A stretch of 63,664 nucleotides of DNA, the filler included, from Chiloscyllium plagiosum (taxonomy: Eukaryota): NCBI RefSeq assembly GCF_004010195.1. It is 4 parts of one record of this genome, joined end to end, with 100 filler letters (N's around TTAATTAATTAA, not from the genome) between each part and the next. Parts side by side here need not be neighbours in the genome. Positions count along the whole stretch, not along the records: positions 1 to 30,569 come from NC_057712.1; 3 more parts are not named here. One strand, given 5' to 3'. The translations under genes and the position numbers were made by a program. Each line of letters begins with the position of its first letter. Position 1 is the stretch's first letter. A model generated the notes under the pieces. That model had not been told where the DNA came from and did no database searches. It saw only the letters and a list, made by a program, of their open reading frames with translations. This document shows, in pieces, positions 12,906 through 26,050 of the stretch.

Positions 12906-13166
12906 TCTCTTGATAAATTGTTTGTATTCCTCTCACAATCTGGGGCAATCACGGACAGTCAGTCCTTTCTGCCTACTTTTATATCATCTGCAAATTTCGC
13001 TACTGTACATTCACTTCCTTCCTCCAAGTCATAAAATATTTTGTAAACATTTGCAGTCCCAGCACTGATCCCTGTAGAATCCGCTGGTTATAAATCATCA
13101 CCCTAAAATATAATGCTTTATCCCCACTTACTGTTTCCTGCTCACTGGCCAATATATTTAACTATG

Positions 13167-13302
13167 GAGAATGTGAGCACTGCAAATGCTGGAGATCAGA
13201 GTAAAAGAGTGTGGTGCTGGAAAATTCCTGAAGAAGAGCTTATGGTCGAAATGTTGATTCTCCCGCTCCTCAGATGCTGCCTTCCAGCACCACACTCTTT
13301 GA
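13167..13302. mobile_element. Degenerate family-A fold-back element
   Basis: ggagaatgtgagcactgcaaatgctggagatcagag.. ctgaagaagagcttatggtcgaaatg.. ttccagcaccacactc. Confidence 0.7.
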
Positions 13303-15696
13303 CAATATATCTATCTTTGTCAACATACTACCTCCAACACTATTGCCTCTTATCTTATGACTTAGCCTTTCATGAGATACTTTATTGAACACCTTTTGAA
13401 AGTCCAAATGCATCACATCTAATGGAAGCCTTCTATCCACTCTGGCTGAAACTTCCTCAAAAAACTCTCAACAATTAGTCAGGCGTGATTTCCCTTTCAT
13501 GAAGTCATGCTGACTCTTCTTAGTTAGATTATGACTTTCCAAATGTTCATTACTTTTCAACAATAGACATTTGGCGTAGTGGCCTACAGTTATGCATTCC
13601 CTCCCTTTTTGAATAGAGTGTCACATTAGCAGTTTGCCATCTTCTGTTACTTCGTCTGAATCCAATGGTTTTTGGAAAATTACAACCAATACTACTTCCT
13701 TCCCATGCCAATGGCTACTCCACCCCAACCTCTTTTTCCTCTTCATTTCTCTGGACAGACCCAACAGATTGGCCCTGGCCCATCCTCTTGAATGACCTAA
13801 CTGGATAGCCTCAGATGAGAGGTGCCCAGACCCCTAACTGATTATTGTACATTACCATGTTAGCCCTATCTCCTGGATCGACACTGTACTAACTGTGTCT
13901 TGCTGCCCAGATTGCAGAGGCATGGATGCCCTGAGTGTATGTCTGACTGTGGCCAATCCTCTGGACTGGTTTTTCAGGCTGACCTTGACTCATTGTGTCA
14001 GGACTCCATGATTGATGAGTGCCCCCATGAACGTCAGTGAGGACTACTCCCCAAAACTTCGAGACATGCCTGTTTGCTTGTTGTTATTCAGTGTGTTTGC
14101 TGCATAAGTTGCTAGCAGATGGAACAGGTATGACACTAATGTAGCACATTGTCATACAGTATGATGTATGACCCCTTGACTGAGGATAGCTGACCTGAAA
14201 GGCAAACTGCCAGCTCGTGATTGTTCACAAGGCAAGGCAAGGCAAGACAGGGAAGGGATGATGTGTGCATTTCAGTGGGTGTTAAGTGAGTGAACATTAA
14301 GAGAGCAAATGAGCAGCCCTGAGATGCAGCCTGATCCAATCCTTTAGCTGTGTGCCTGTCTGTGCAGCAAACCAACCTGTGCTGCAGCCTTTCAATGCTT
14401 GTTGCCAGTGTGCCCTACATGGCATGCCTCTGCTTCCAGAGTGCACTACCAGTCCAATGGAGAGGTGCTGTCATGGTCCTGAAAGCTTGGTGATGTTAAT
14501 GTCAATGGAGAAAGTGTGTGTGCAACTGGTGCCATTGGACCATACCCTGAGCTGCAGTTTGATCACAGGCAACATGGAGGTTAATTGGTGCACATAGTGA
14601 GCTGAATTGGCCAGATACCTGCTCTGGTTTCCAGGTTAAGTTTGCTTGACATTTAGCATGTTTGGCAATTTTGGTAAGGTAGAAAGCTGAACATCTGAAA
14701 TGCTACGGACAAGGCATTTGACAAGGAAATAACTACCCTTAATTGGCAATTCACCATTGCCTAATGTGAAACTTGCTTTGCCACTTGTAACATACATAAA
14801 AAGTGGAGTTGCTTCCAATGTTGAGATCAGTCTTGCTAGACGTCTTAGGAGTTTTTTCACACATCTTGCTCAGGTCACACAGATTACACTCATAGCATCT
14901 TTGACATCCACCTGAGTCTCCTGGATGGACAGGAAAGATATTTGTTACTCCATTGTGTTTCAATCAGACCTCCCTCACAGTATTCTTATTTAATATTTTG
15001 AATACTCTTACAATAAAAACTTTATTTTAAAAATTCACTGTTTTCCTAACTCCCATCTATAAGTTTGCTTGGAACCTGTTTAATGTGCAAAAGGTGAATT
15101 CCTTCCTACAGTCAAGATTTAATAGTGATAACTAAGCAAATCTGGGTTATGCTCAATAAGAAAGAGAGAAGCCTCAGCCAAGTGTCTGAGCACCCCTTTA
15201 GTCCTTTTCAGCTCTGAAACGAAAACTTGTTTAAAAGTGTGACCAAGTTTGTGCCAGCTATAATGCAGATAGGTATTCAAATTTCCAAAGGCAGGTATCA
15301 CACTAGCTTGAATCAACAGATTAGTACCAGACCAAACAGTATCAGGTCTGAAGATAGATTTTTTATTCTTACATACAAAACGATTGCTTAGCAACACAGA
15401 TACTAACACGTGAAGAAGACACTTAGTAGCCCCTTATCTTTGCCGAACATTGTTAACTCAATATTATTGCAATTAATCTACTCTTCCTTGAGGATTTTCC
15501 CTGTCTGGTTGATATTCTGTAACTACAAAACTAAAAGAAAAATCATTTTGTTAAATGGTTCTATCTCAACTGAGGAGACATTCGGTCAATCCACCCTCAA
15601 CATCTTGCTCTGAAAACTCTGCTAACTTTTTGACTGCTATGAAACATTCCAGGTCAGCAGCTGAGATAATCCACAACATTTTAAACCAACAATATC

Positions 15697-16065
15697 ATAG
15701 AAATGTACAGCATGGAAACAGATCCTTTGGTCCAACTTGCCCATGCTGACCAGATATTCTAAACTAATCTTGATCCCATTTGCCAGCATTTGGCCCATAA
15801 CTCTCTAAATCCTTTCTATTCATGTACTCATCCATCCAGATGCCTTTTAAATGTTGTAATTGTACCCACCCCAACACTTCCTCTGGCAGTTCATTCCATA
15901 TATCAACCACCTTCTGCATGAAAAAGTTGCCCTTAGGTCCCTTTCAAAATCTTTCCCCTCTCACCTTAAACCAATGACCTTTAGTTTTGGACTCCCCTAC
16001 TCTGGGAAAAAACCTTGACTATTCACTTTATCAATGCCCCTTATGATTTTATAAATCTCTATGAT
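15697..16065 (-). mobile_element. CR1 3' fragment
   Basis: Same 3' UTR/ORF2 end as 2128-2800. Confidence 0.85.
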
Positions 16066-18429
16066 ATCAACCCCCGGTAAAAACAAAACTGATAACATTC
16101 TTAAAAAAAAGTTAGCATTTTGGACTTTTAAAAAAAACTCTAGGATCCAGATTGGGATCCATCTAATAAACAGAAACTATTCAGTTCTCTCTTAAGCCAT
16201 ACATTCACAGTCGCAATGCAATTTGTTCCTCAGGGTTTTTAAAAGAAATGTGGAAGAGTTGATTCTGGGATTCCTACCCAAGTTTCAACAGCACTGAAGC
16301 TGCAGCCTGTACTCCCAGCCTAACCAGTTCCATTATTTAGGTGGGAATGTCATACAGTCCCCGCAATAGAATCTGAGCTGCTTCTTGAGACCTATAGTTT
16401 ACAGACTGTCAGAGGAATCATAAACCATAACTCAGATTCAGAAACCTTTTGAAAGGTAAGTTTAAAGTTTTACCCTGTAAACACCATGTAACTCCATGCC
16501 TACTCAATCAGTATGACTACGTAGAACCAATGACCCACATAGTAACAATGGCAACTCCTGAAATGCTGATGACTGGTACAGAATCTTCTTTGAAAACAAC
16601 AGCTGGTCTAGTAATCCTATAAAAGTGTCAAGCAGAAACACTGATCATAGTATCAATAACAGAAACTTTATGTGAATTCACATCTGTTAATCTCATTCAA
16701 CTAAGCATGGGAATTGAAGAAAACAGATCAATGAAAGCATATGTTATTAAAAATTCAAGGATGTCATCAACCAAAGCTAGCACTTTTCATCAGATCCTGG
16801 CTAAGCTAAACCATAGCATGTCTTGCAGGTCAGTCAAACTTTGATAATAAGGCCATCTGAAAAAACAGATGTCTGGCCATCTGCCTCTGTTGATGCAGTT
16901 CCCACACAACATCATTATGAATACTTGGCTGAGCTTCAAGAATCCAAGGATGGATTAGTTTATCAGTGGGCTATATAGACATATCAAAAAGAAGTATTTG
17001 CTTTGGTTAGTTGACATATTTGCAAGTTTGTAATTTTTTTTCTCTGATATATTTTTCAGTATCTGCACTTTATTTGTGTTTTTGTTTCAATTTATTTATG
17101 CTTTCCTATTCTTGTTGATCCTGTGGTGGGTCTAATCACACAGGTACTGTTTTACCATAAAGAATGTCACATCTCAGCCTAATTCCATTCTTATTCAATT
17201 TCCAAACACAAGAAATTCTAGACTGAACAGAGGATAGCAGAAATCCTGCACAGTTTTCCATTCCTTAACACTAGTTCTACAGTTAGTGACCATAACTTAT
17301 GAGTTAATTCAGCACTGGCAAAACCTGGGGCTTCTTGTTATTGATGACTCTTATATACATATAAACCGTATAATCCATCATGGCATTCATATAATGATGA
17401 AAGTTCATGAATTGTAGCCATTCGTTTTTGTAATATTCGGTTCTAAAGTGGACAGAACCATGCATTGCTTTCATTTTTATTTGAATTTATGTTAAGAATC
17501 ATAGATAAAGTGAGACAGTTTAATTTCATTTCTGAGTTCACCAAGGCTGTCTGGAAATTAGTTTGTATCATTTAACTGAGGTTTTTAAAGAAACCCTTGA
17601 GGTGAACATTTTAGTGCTTTCGAAAACACAGAGTAAAACAAAGGAAAAATGGAGAGTTGCTTAGCATCAAGGCATCCTTTGGCTTAGGGTGATAGAGACA
17701 GAGGAATATTGTTTCAGAAAAATAAATCAATGCAGGATTTTAATGTGAGGGCAGGCCTCTTTCAGATAGAAGCAGATCATTCAAGAAAAAAAAGTCTGTA
17801 ACGTCAACTACACTGCTTAGAAGTCTCCAAAACAGTTAGGGCAGAAGAAAATAGGCCCTGAGTGGCTTGGAAGTTAGATTGAGGAAAGTTCTAGAAACAG
17901 AAGGCTTTAAGTCATGAGAGAAGAAGGCATCCTACAAGGTTGTTGAATGCAGGAGTTTAAGAACACATTAAGTAGTAAGTGAAGTGTACTAGCAGTTTGT
18001 TTAATGGTCTCACAAAAGGACATTAACTAAAGAAATAGCATCAAGTGAATACAGAAGTATGTGAAACAAAAACCTAATTACTGCCAGGCCCAATTACAAA
18101 TAATTTTAAAGTGGAAACAAGATATAGGAGGGATGTTGTAAAACTTGAAAGGATTCAGAAAAGATTTACAAGGATGTTGCCAGGGTTGGAGGGTTTGAGC
18201 TACAGGGAGAGGCTGGATAGGCTGGGGCTATTTTCCCTGGAGCATTGGATGCTGAAGGGTGACAATATAGAGGTTTATACAATCATGAGGGGCAGTCCAA
18301 AACTACAGGGCACAAGTTTAAGGTGAGAGGGGAAAGATTTAAAAGGGTCCTAAGGGACAACATTTTCATGCAGAGGGTGGTGCTTGTATGGAATGAGCTG
18401 CCAGATGAAGTGGTGGAGTCTGGTACAAT

Positions 18430-18655
18430 GGGGAGAAAGTGAGGTCTGCAGATGCTGGAGATCAGAGCTGAAAATGTGTTGCTGGAACAGCGCAGCAGGT
18501 CAGGCAGCATCCAGGGAACAGGAGAATCGATGTTTCGGGCATAAGCCCTTCTTCAGGCCTTTCCTGAAGAAGGGCTTATGCCCGAAACGTCGATTCTCCT
18601 GTTCCCTGGATGCTGCCTGACCTGCTGCGCTGTTCCAGCAACACATTTTCAGCTC
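18430..18655. mobile_element. Young family-A fold-back element, near-perfect palindrome
   Basis: 14-bp TSD gagtctggtacaat (18416-18429, 18656-18669); ~90-bp arms almost identical. Confidence 0.92.
18564..18591 (+). ncRNA. Minimal hammerhead motif
   Basis: CUGAAGA-A-GGGC(UUAU)GCCC-GAAACGUC; mirror copy on minus strand at ~18529-18556 (GAAACAUC variant). Confidence 0.65.
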
Positions 18656-20412
18656 GAGTCTGGTACAATTATAAAATTTATAAGGCGTCATGAATAGGGT
18701 GGATTTAGAGGGAAATGGGCCAAATGCTGTCAAATGGGACTGGAATTATACAGGATATCTGGTCGGCATGGACGAGTTGGACCAAAGGGTTTATTTCCAA
18801 AGGGGCTGTATATCTCTGTGAGTCTATGGCTCAATGACCTTTCATTGAGGTTTGAGTATCTGTAAGGTTGCACTTAAGACTAAAAGTGTTGAACTTTACT
18901 TCTGAAATTTGGAATAAGACTGTTTCAATTTGTTTTCATATAATTTTTTCCCCGTTGTATATTAATAACTTTGATGTTCTTTTGTTAAAGACAAGGAAAC
19001 AAATCAGAAACATAAAACTTATAATATATCAAGCTAGGTTTCGCTTTGGGATCTAAATTGCCCTGTATTTCCATCAGCTGGGATCATAACAAACTTGGCT
19101 GCTTCAATAGGATAGCAAACCAGTTTTTCTCAGTTACTGCAGAAGTCAATGCGTCTTTCATTTTCACTGTAAACACACATATCCTGCTATTTAGCTTGTT
19201 AGTGTTGACTTATCCTAAAATGATTTGTACAGAAGAAGTTATTTAAATGCTCCCTATCTTCTGATGATAGATAATGATTATGAATGTCATTCAATTATCG
19301 TGTAACTTCTACATACACTGTGTTTTACTGTTAGGTCTTAAGAAGTGGTACTTGTTTGGGATGGTACTCTCACACATTGATGTGCTTGGAACTTTCAAAC
19401 ACATATCCAGATTTAAGTCTTATTACACAAACATGCTATGTCATAATGGGATCGTAAACAAGCACTCATAAAATCTTTTGCAGTCAAATATGTGGAACAA
19501 TTGTACGTGTCATGGTTGCTAATTGAGATTCGTGACTGAAGTTACATGTCCTGGAAGGTCAAAGCTGCTGACTCAATCTTTTAATTATTCAGTGGGTCAC
19601 ATTCCTATTAAAAATAAACAATGGATAAAACATACGCTCAGTCCTTTTTAAAATTTTGCAGTACAATAGATAAATGTTATGTAATTCCTGTCAGTTCATT
19701 CAAAGATTTCAGTGAATATTATGAACTTCAAGACTGATAACTATTAAGTATACCAGTAGGAACCTAGCATCGTATTTTCACAGTGGAATGTAAAAGATAT
19801 TAATGTTAATATCCTATTTACAACTGAATCTACTGTATCTTCAAACACTTATTAAAAAGAATGAAGAGTATGTTCATTAATGTGCCAGCAACAAATGCTG
19901 GCACAGTCAGCATTTGTTGCACACCTTTAAATCCCTCTCAGAATATTGTGGCAATAAAATGGGCCCCATGAGAGTGGTTAGGTCTAACGTCTTATCCCTC
20001 ATCCTAAAGACAGCATCTCCAACTGAAGTGTCAATCAATATGGATTTTCCATTGTGTGGCTCACTGTGAGAGATATGATAACATTTATTCTTGCAACAGG
20101 AGCAGTATACCATGTAAAACACAATATGTTGTTTGCTGCTAATGTAGACTCGTTTAACCTGCCCTGTCCGTTTCACACAACATAAATCAATGATAGGGTC
20201 ATTGCTGTAGTTAAGGGATGGTTGCAAGGTGTTAAATGCTTACAACTTTCTAGATTGGGGTCAGAAGTAACTAGGATGGAATGGCAGATTTTATTTTCCA
20301 TTTATTGGTCTATATACTTGTGACACTAAAAATGTAATGGTGCTCTAAAAGCTTTTATTTACACTACTAAATAGTTCAGAGAACAGTGAACTTCTGAATG
20401 AGTTAGACACAA

Positions 20413-20772
20413 TTTATTGTAAAATTCTCATCCTTGTTTTCAAATCCCTCCCTCCCTATTTCTAAATCTCTTCCAGTCATTCAACCTTCCAAGAAATCTC
20501 TGCTTCTCCAATTTTGGCCTCTTGAGGATCATTGATTTTTTTTTTTGGCCCATCTTCGCTGGTCGTGATGAAGCGCTAAGCTCTGAAATTCCTTACCTAA
20601 ATCTCGAAAGCACTCTAATTCTTCCTTCTTTAAGACAGACTTTAAAACTTACTGTTTTGATTGGGTGTTGGCCATTTATCCTAATCACCTCTCTTGTGGC
20701 TCAGTGGCAAATTGGTTTGAAAGCTACTCCTGTGAAGTAACTACACTTTGTAAATGCAAGTCTCTGCTGTTG
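20413..20772 (+). mobile_element. L2-like LINE 3' end
   Basis: KILILVFKSL..PY-like remnant and tail ..ctcctgtgaag..aaatgcaagt..tgttgt. Confidence 0.6.
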
Positions 20773-21271
20773 TAGACTGCACCGCTCTCTCTAAGGCATT
20801 TTCAAAAGGAAAACAGATAGCCTTGATTTAAATTCTGAGAGCTGTAGTTCAGCAGGATGCCAAGTCTGGGTTGTTCACTCTTCACTCCTGCCCCAAGCTT
20901 CCTTGTGTAAGCACAGATCTTGAGCCAAACATTAACATAGATACACAATGAGTAGCTCCAAAGCTTTATTTCATGATGATATTATAAATAGTTTCTTTCT
21001 TCATATTATTATCCTTATTTTCATCTCTTTCAAGAAAGCAAATAATAATTAAAGATAAGATCAATTAGATCTGGCTCTACTGTGATGTTTTTATATTGTT
21101 GTTGACAATATTAATATTGTTAATATTGTCTGCCTTAATCTGTACACAGAATGAAGCTGGAGGGTAAGTTCAGTGATTCTGCAACATCCAATAGAAACCA
21201 AGCCTGTGGGCAAACCAAGTGTCTTGGGGACTGTGGGATTATAAAATGTACAATAAATGTGGTAGTCTACA

Positions 21272-21390
21272 AAGGTATATGGACCAAGTGCTGACAAATG
21301 GGACTAGATTAGGTTAGGATATTTGGTCGGCATGGATGAGTTGGACCAAAGGGTCTGTTTCCATGCTGTCTATCTCTATGACTCTATGAC
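21272..21390 (+). mobile_element. CR1 3' tail
   Basis: ggaccaaagggtctgtttccatgctg..ctctatgactctatgac. Confidence 0.85.
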
Positions 21391-22273
21391 TGACAATATA
21401 ATAAGAAATAATGTACCAAGTACCATATACTTAGCACACCATACAATGTAGAATCAAAAGTATATGTGACACAACATCCAACATTTCTTTTGAGAATATA
21501 GTGTTTCCATAATGGATTTTCCTTTTAATATCCTTGAAAGGGAGAATAAAAAATCAAACACTCCAAAGTAAATACACTGTGGTGTAACAGAACTCTCATC
21601 CCCACAATTACTCATAATAAAATGCATGACACAGCTTATTGTAAGTAATAACTAAATATTTTTCCAGACTCTAATTATATGGCGGCTCATTTTAATTATT
21701 AATGTTCACACAAGCTCTGCTGCTCTCTTCATTTTTGACATTTATAAACCTTTCAGTTCAATGTGGCCTGTTTTAAGTGAGTATTGTTGATGTGAGAATG
21801 AGTTGCAGACTTCTTTAATGCATTTGTTATTTAGCAATTAGCAGCATGATTGATTTGTAACTGCTATCTGAAATGGTCTAGCAAGCCACTCAATTAAGGG
21901 CAAAAAGGTGGGGTGGGAGAATGCCTATCTTTGAGGCAGAAGATCCAGATTCAAGTCCCACCTGCTCCAGAAGTATGTCATAGCATTGTCTGAGTAGGTT
22001 GATTAAAATGTCAAGGATGATAGGATATAGGCAATAATTCTGGCCTTACTAGCAATATTATGTAGTTAGTTTTTAACTAAGCTGTTCAGGAATGTTGTGA
22101 CACTTCTCTGGAACAAAGGTAGAGACACTGGCCATCTCTCTATTGGTAGCAAGACCTCCTGATGTGGGCACTGTCCCAGTGACCATCGGAAATGGCACTT
22201 GACCAGAAATTTCAGTGCCTCAATTAGTTGACTGATGAACTACTGCATGATGAGATTCCTGCTGTTCCCAATG

Positions 22274-22590
22274 ACCAGGGAATCTAGAACCAGGAGTCAC
22301 AGTCTAAGAATAGGGGTAAGCCATTTAGAACTGTGATGAAAAGAAATTTCTTCACCCACAAAATGGTGAGCCTGTGGAATTCTCTGTCATGGCAAGTAGT
22401 TGAAGCCAAAACATTGAATGTTTTCAAGAGGAGTTGAATATAGTTCTTTGATCTAAAGGGCTCAAAAGATATGGGGAGAAAGCGAGAACATGGTACTGAG
22501 ATGGATCATCAGCCATGATCATATTGAATGGTGGAGCAGGCTCAAAGGGCTGAATGGCTTATTCCTGCACCTATTTTCTATGTTTCTATG
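22274..22590 (+). mobile_element. CR1 3' fragment (second subfamily)
   Basis: SRTRSHSLRI..RNFFT..WNSL remnant; tail ttctatgtttctatg. Confidence 0.8.
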
Positions 22591-23104
22591 AAATGATATA
22601 GAACTGGGGTTTAAATATAGGATCAACCTTGGAATAGTATGAGATCCCACCAAAAGCGAGCAATTTTGCATGTCTTGCTGCATAATTGCAACTAGTGTTG
22701 TAAACCCTGAATGCATAATTATTGAGGTCAGCAATGAAAGATTGTGAGAGACTGTCACTTATTGGTCTTATTGGGAAACGCTTCATAAAACTTCCTGAAG
22801 AAAATAGTTCCGCAAACAATGGGAAAATTCAGCTCAAGGTCATTGTTCATAAAAGGAAAAGAAATTGCTATTGCAACTTAACATCCATGGTAAGAGAGAA
22901 TGGGAGCTTGATTTTTCCAATCAAATTGCAAGCATATTATAGAACTCATTGGTGCAACCATATCTGGAATACACTATTTGTCTCCTTGTTGATAGATGTA
23001 AAGGATGTAAATGTGTTGGGTATAATTCAGAAAAGCTTTACTTCAGTAGCTGAGGAAAGGTCAGACAAGCCTGTATTTGTTTAGAGTTTTGGCAAATAAT
23101 GGGG

Positions 23105-23298
23105 TCAGTTAGTTAAGTTGGCTGTTTGGTTGGTTTGTGATGCAGAGTTCCAACAATGCAGGTTCAATTCCTGCACCAGCTAAGGCTGCCATGAAGGATT
23201 CTCCTATGCAACCTCTCCCCTCATCCCTCAGGTTAAACCACCACCAGTCAACTTTCACTAGAGAGAGGAGCCCTATAGGCTGGCAGGACTATGGCAAT
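23105..23298 (+). mobile_element. tRNA-derived SINE (second family)
   Basis: B box ggttcaattcc; homologous reverse copy at 46275-46455. Confidence 0.55.
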
Positions 23299-25413
23299 GT
23301 TAGGAAGAGGTGACTGGATGAAAACATAGATACTTGACAGGATGAAAGTAGAGAAGATGCCCCCTCTTGTGGGAGATTCTCGAACTAAAGATCACTGGCT
23401 AAAAAAGATTTCCCATTTAAGACAGTTTTCTTCTCTCAGAGAATCATGGGTCTTTGCAAGTCTCGCCCTCAAATTTAGAGCATCTGAATATTTTTAGGGC
23501 TTAGGTAACTAAATTTGTGATAAGAAAGGGGTGAAGGAGAAGGTAGGAAGGTGGCATATTCAGGGCACTAAAGATCTTAATGAATGGTGAGGCAAGCTGA
23601 AGGAGCAGCTTACTCCAAATTTGCATGACTATATAATATTGACTGCAAGATTGTGAACCAGGATGTGTGAGGTGGAATATCAGATATGAATCTTCCTGGA
23701 AGAGACAAATAGAAAGGCTGCTTTGAAGAGCAATTAGGGAGAGCAGACTCCCTGAGGATAGGGGAGGGCCAATCAGAAGTGAAGACCCAGTGTAAATTCT
23801 GTGTGTTGTTGAGGTGAATGGAGAAGGAAAGGAAAGCACAAGGTCAAGGTACCATACTGTTGAAAGGCACTCCCTTCCACTTCACACTATCTGATAGATC
23901 CATCTGAAGGTGACAAGTAAACAATTGCACATCTTGTCCTTTAGAGTGATCACTGCTTATAGATCTCATCAAATCTTTGGCCACGTTCAGCAATCTGAGT
24001 GAATACTGTTTGAAATGGTGTTTGCTTTCCAAAGTGAAGTTATGGTTCCAGACCTAAACTCTTCACCAAACAGTTTTTTTCTCCTCTTCTATGGGAAAGT
24101 ATTCCTTGAGGAGTGACTCAATAGAGTTTTTTAAAAATTCTAAAATTGGTTTACGACAAACAAATTAAGCATTTTTAATCAATGGGTCTGATCTGTCAAC
24201 TGTGAGCAAACTGATTCTAAAATCAGTTTTTAAAATTAAAAGTGTTTCCAAGAAACTATCCAGAATCTTTTGCTATTTCATGGGAATACAGTAGTTTCTT
24301 AGCAAGTTTAAAATGTCTTATGATTTAAAAATTTTCAAAATGTACCTATAGCCACGCTTAAGAAGTGCTCTATTTTAAGAGCTTCCTTGAAGTCCCGTAA
24401 ACAAACACAATTTGTGAAAACTTGTCGTGATGATTAATCCCACTGTATTCTCGCCTTCTGTGAGTAGACAATCTGTAAACATATCAGGAATCCCATGTGA
24501 GTCTGGCAAACCTTCCAGAAATGCCCATAGATCCCCTTCTGAATGACCTTAATTGGTTTCCCATTGCTGAAGGGCAGCTGGCTACGCTGCTGTGGTAAGA
24601 GTGTGAGGAGGAGGAGGAGGAGGGAAGCTGTCCAAATTTTTACTTGCCATTTTCTTGTTTTCCACCCCCACCAACCCTCACCCATTTCCATCCATGCCTC
24701 CAAAGTGCTGAGAAAATGTCCCCTGACTGGATTTAATTGGTTAATCTAACCTCAAAAAACAAATGGCTTTAGTTTAGGTGGCAATTTAAAATGTTACAAG
24801 TTTCAAATCCAGTTCCAACATGCTTCAAATGCTTCCACTTCCAGTTCTAACAGGACTGGAATGTGGGGTGGGTGATTCATCATCTCTCAGGAGTCAGCTC
24901 ACTCAGTCATTAAAACTTCTTAAATTGGCCGCGTGCCTCCATTTTAAGAAGGAGCCTTGTTTTAACGATTGTATTACTGGGTTTTTCAGACTTCAATAAG
25001 TGAAAGGAAGCATCAAAGGCAAAATTCATCAAGCAACTGCTTTTACAACACTGCTTGTGGGCCAAGAAGAAAATACTTAGCAAGTCATGGACTTATTTCA
25101 GATTTCCACAGTGTTTTGCTTTTGGAGCCACTTCACTGAAATAGCTTGTGGCTGTTACTTTTGAATCCCAGTGGGTGATCTGCTGTGTGTGTCGAGGAAC
25201 CCCTCCCCCCACACCACATACTGTCACCTCTAGTTCAAATCCAGATTCCATCCTCAGAGGGGCAGGGCTTTGCAGTAGTGAGCCTGCCTCTGGCAAGATT
25301 GCTCTGAAACAGGCATGCATCAGATATCTGACTCTTTCTGCTATTTTGCAACTTTGTTCCTGATCCTTCCTCCTAACCCACCTCTGCGGGACCAGGATAA
25401 TCCACCATTTGAG

Positions 25414-25695
25414 CATAGAAACAGGAGTAGGCCATTCAATCTCTTGAACCTATTCTGCCATTCAACAAGATCATGGCTGATCTGTGACGTAACCCCATAT
25501 ACTTTTGGCCTGTATCCATTGAAAGCTTTGCTTAACCTGTCTCAGATTTAAAATTAACAACTGATCTAGCACCAAGTATTTCTGCAAGAGTGTTCAAAAC
25601 CTCTATCACCTTTGTGTATAGAAGTCCATCTGAACCTCTCTCCTGAGTGGTCTGGCTTGAAATTTTAGTCTAAGCCCCTTCTTCAAGAATCCCAA
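25414..25695 (-). mobile_element. Degraded CR1 3' fragment
   Basis: catagaaacaggagtaggccattc.. CR1 tail in reverse. Confidence 0.65.
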
Positions 25696-26050
25696 ATGCA
25701 GGATTTGCCATTTGTTCTCTGTCGCCATTGCTTTTTGATCCATGTGTTTGGAAACATGGTTTCCTTCAGTTTAGGATAATTCTGTCACCTCCTAGCAAAT
25801 AGCACCACCGACTGGTCTTTAAGATTTCACCTTTTGGTACATTTTAGAAACAATCGTTGTTTTGAGCAAAAAAAGGTCAACAAACATAATATATCAATCT
25901 TTGTTTTAACTGGCATCTTATGAACCAGCATTCTTGATAAATTGTCAAAACTTATATACAGAAATACTGGAAGTTTATTGTGGAATAGCAATCTCCGTGA
26001 TGTCTGAGTAGTCCGTTGATGGTGCAAAGGTCTCTGCCGGTTGAGTAATG

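Larger units (their letters stand above)
12150..13700 (-). mobile_element. Older degraded CR1 fragment, interrupted
   Basis: Reverse remnants of HDFMKGKSRLTN.LEFFEEV, GSVLG, KFADD, LVRPHLE. Confidence 0.7.
18118..18835 (+). mobile_element. CR1 3' fragment, split by insert
   Basis: YRRDVVKLERIQKRFTRMLPGLEGLSYRERL; resumes after TSD. Confidence 0.9.

Noticed and set aside
16230..16461. Strong donor AAG|gtaagt with upstream acceptor-like sites
   Set aside because: No convincing open frame or recognisable peptide
21150..21163. Possible 14-nt microexon (cag|..|gtaagt)
   Set aside because: Frame-shifting, weak acceptor, no neighbouring exons; expected by chance
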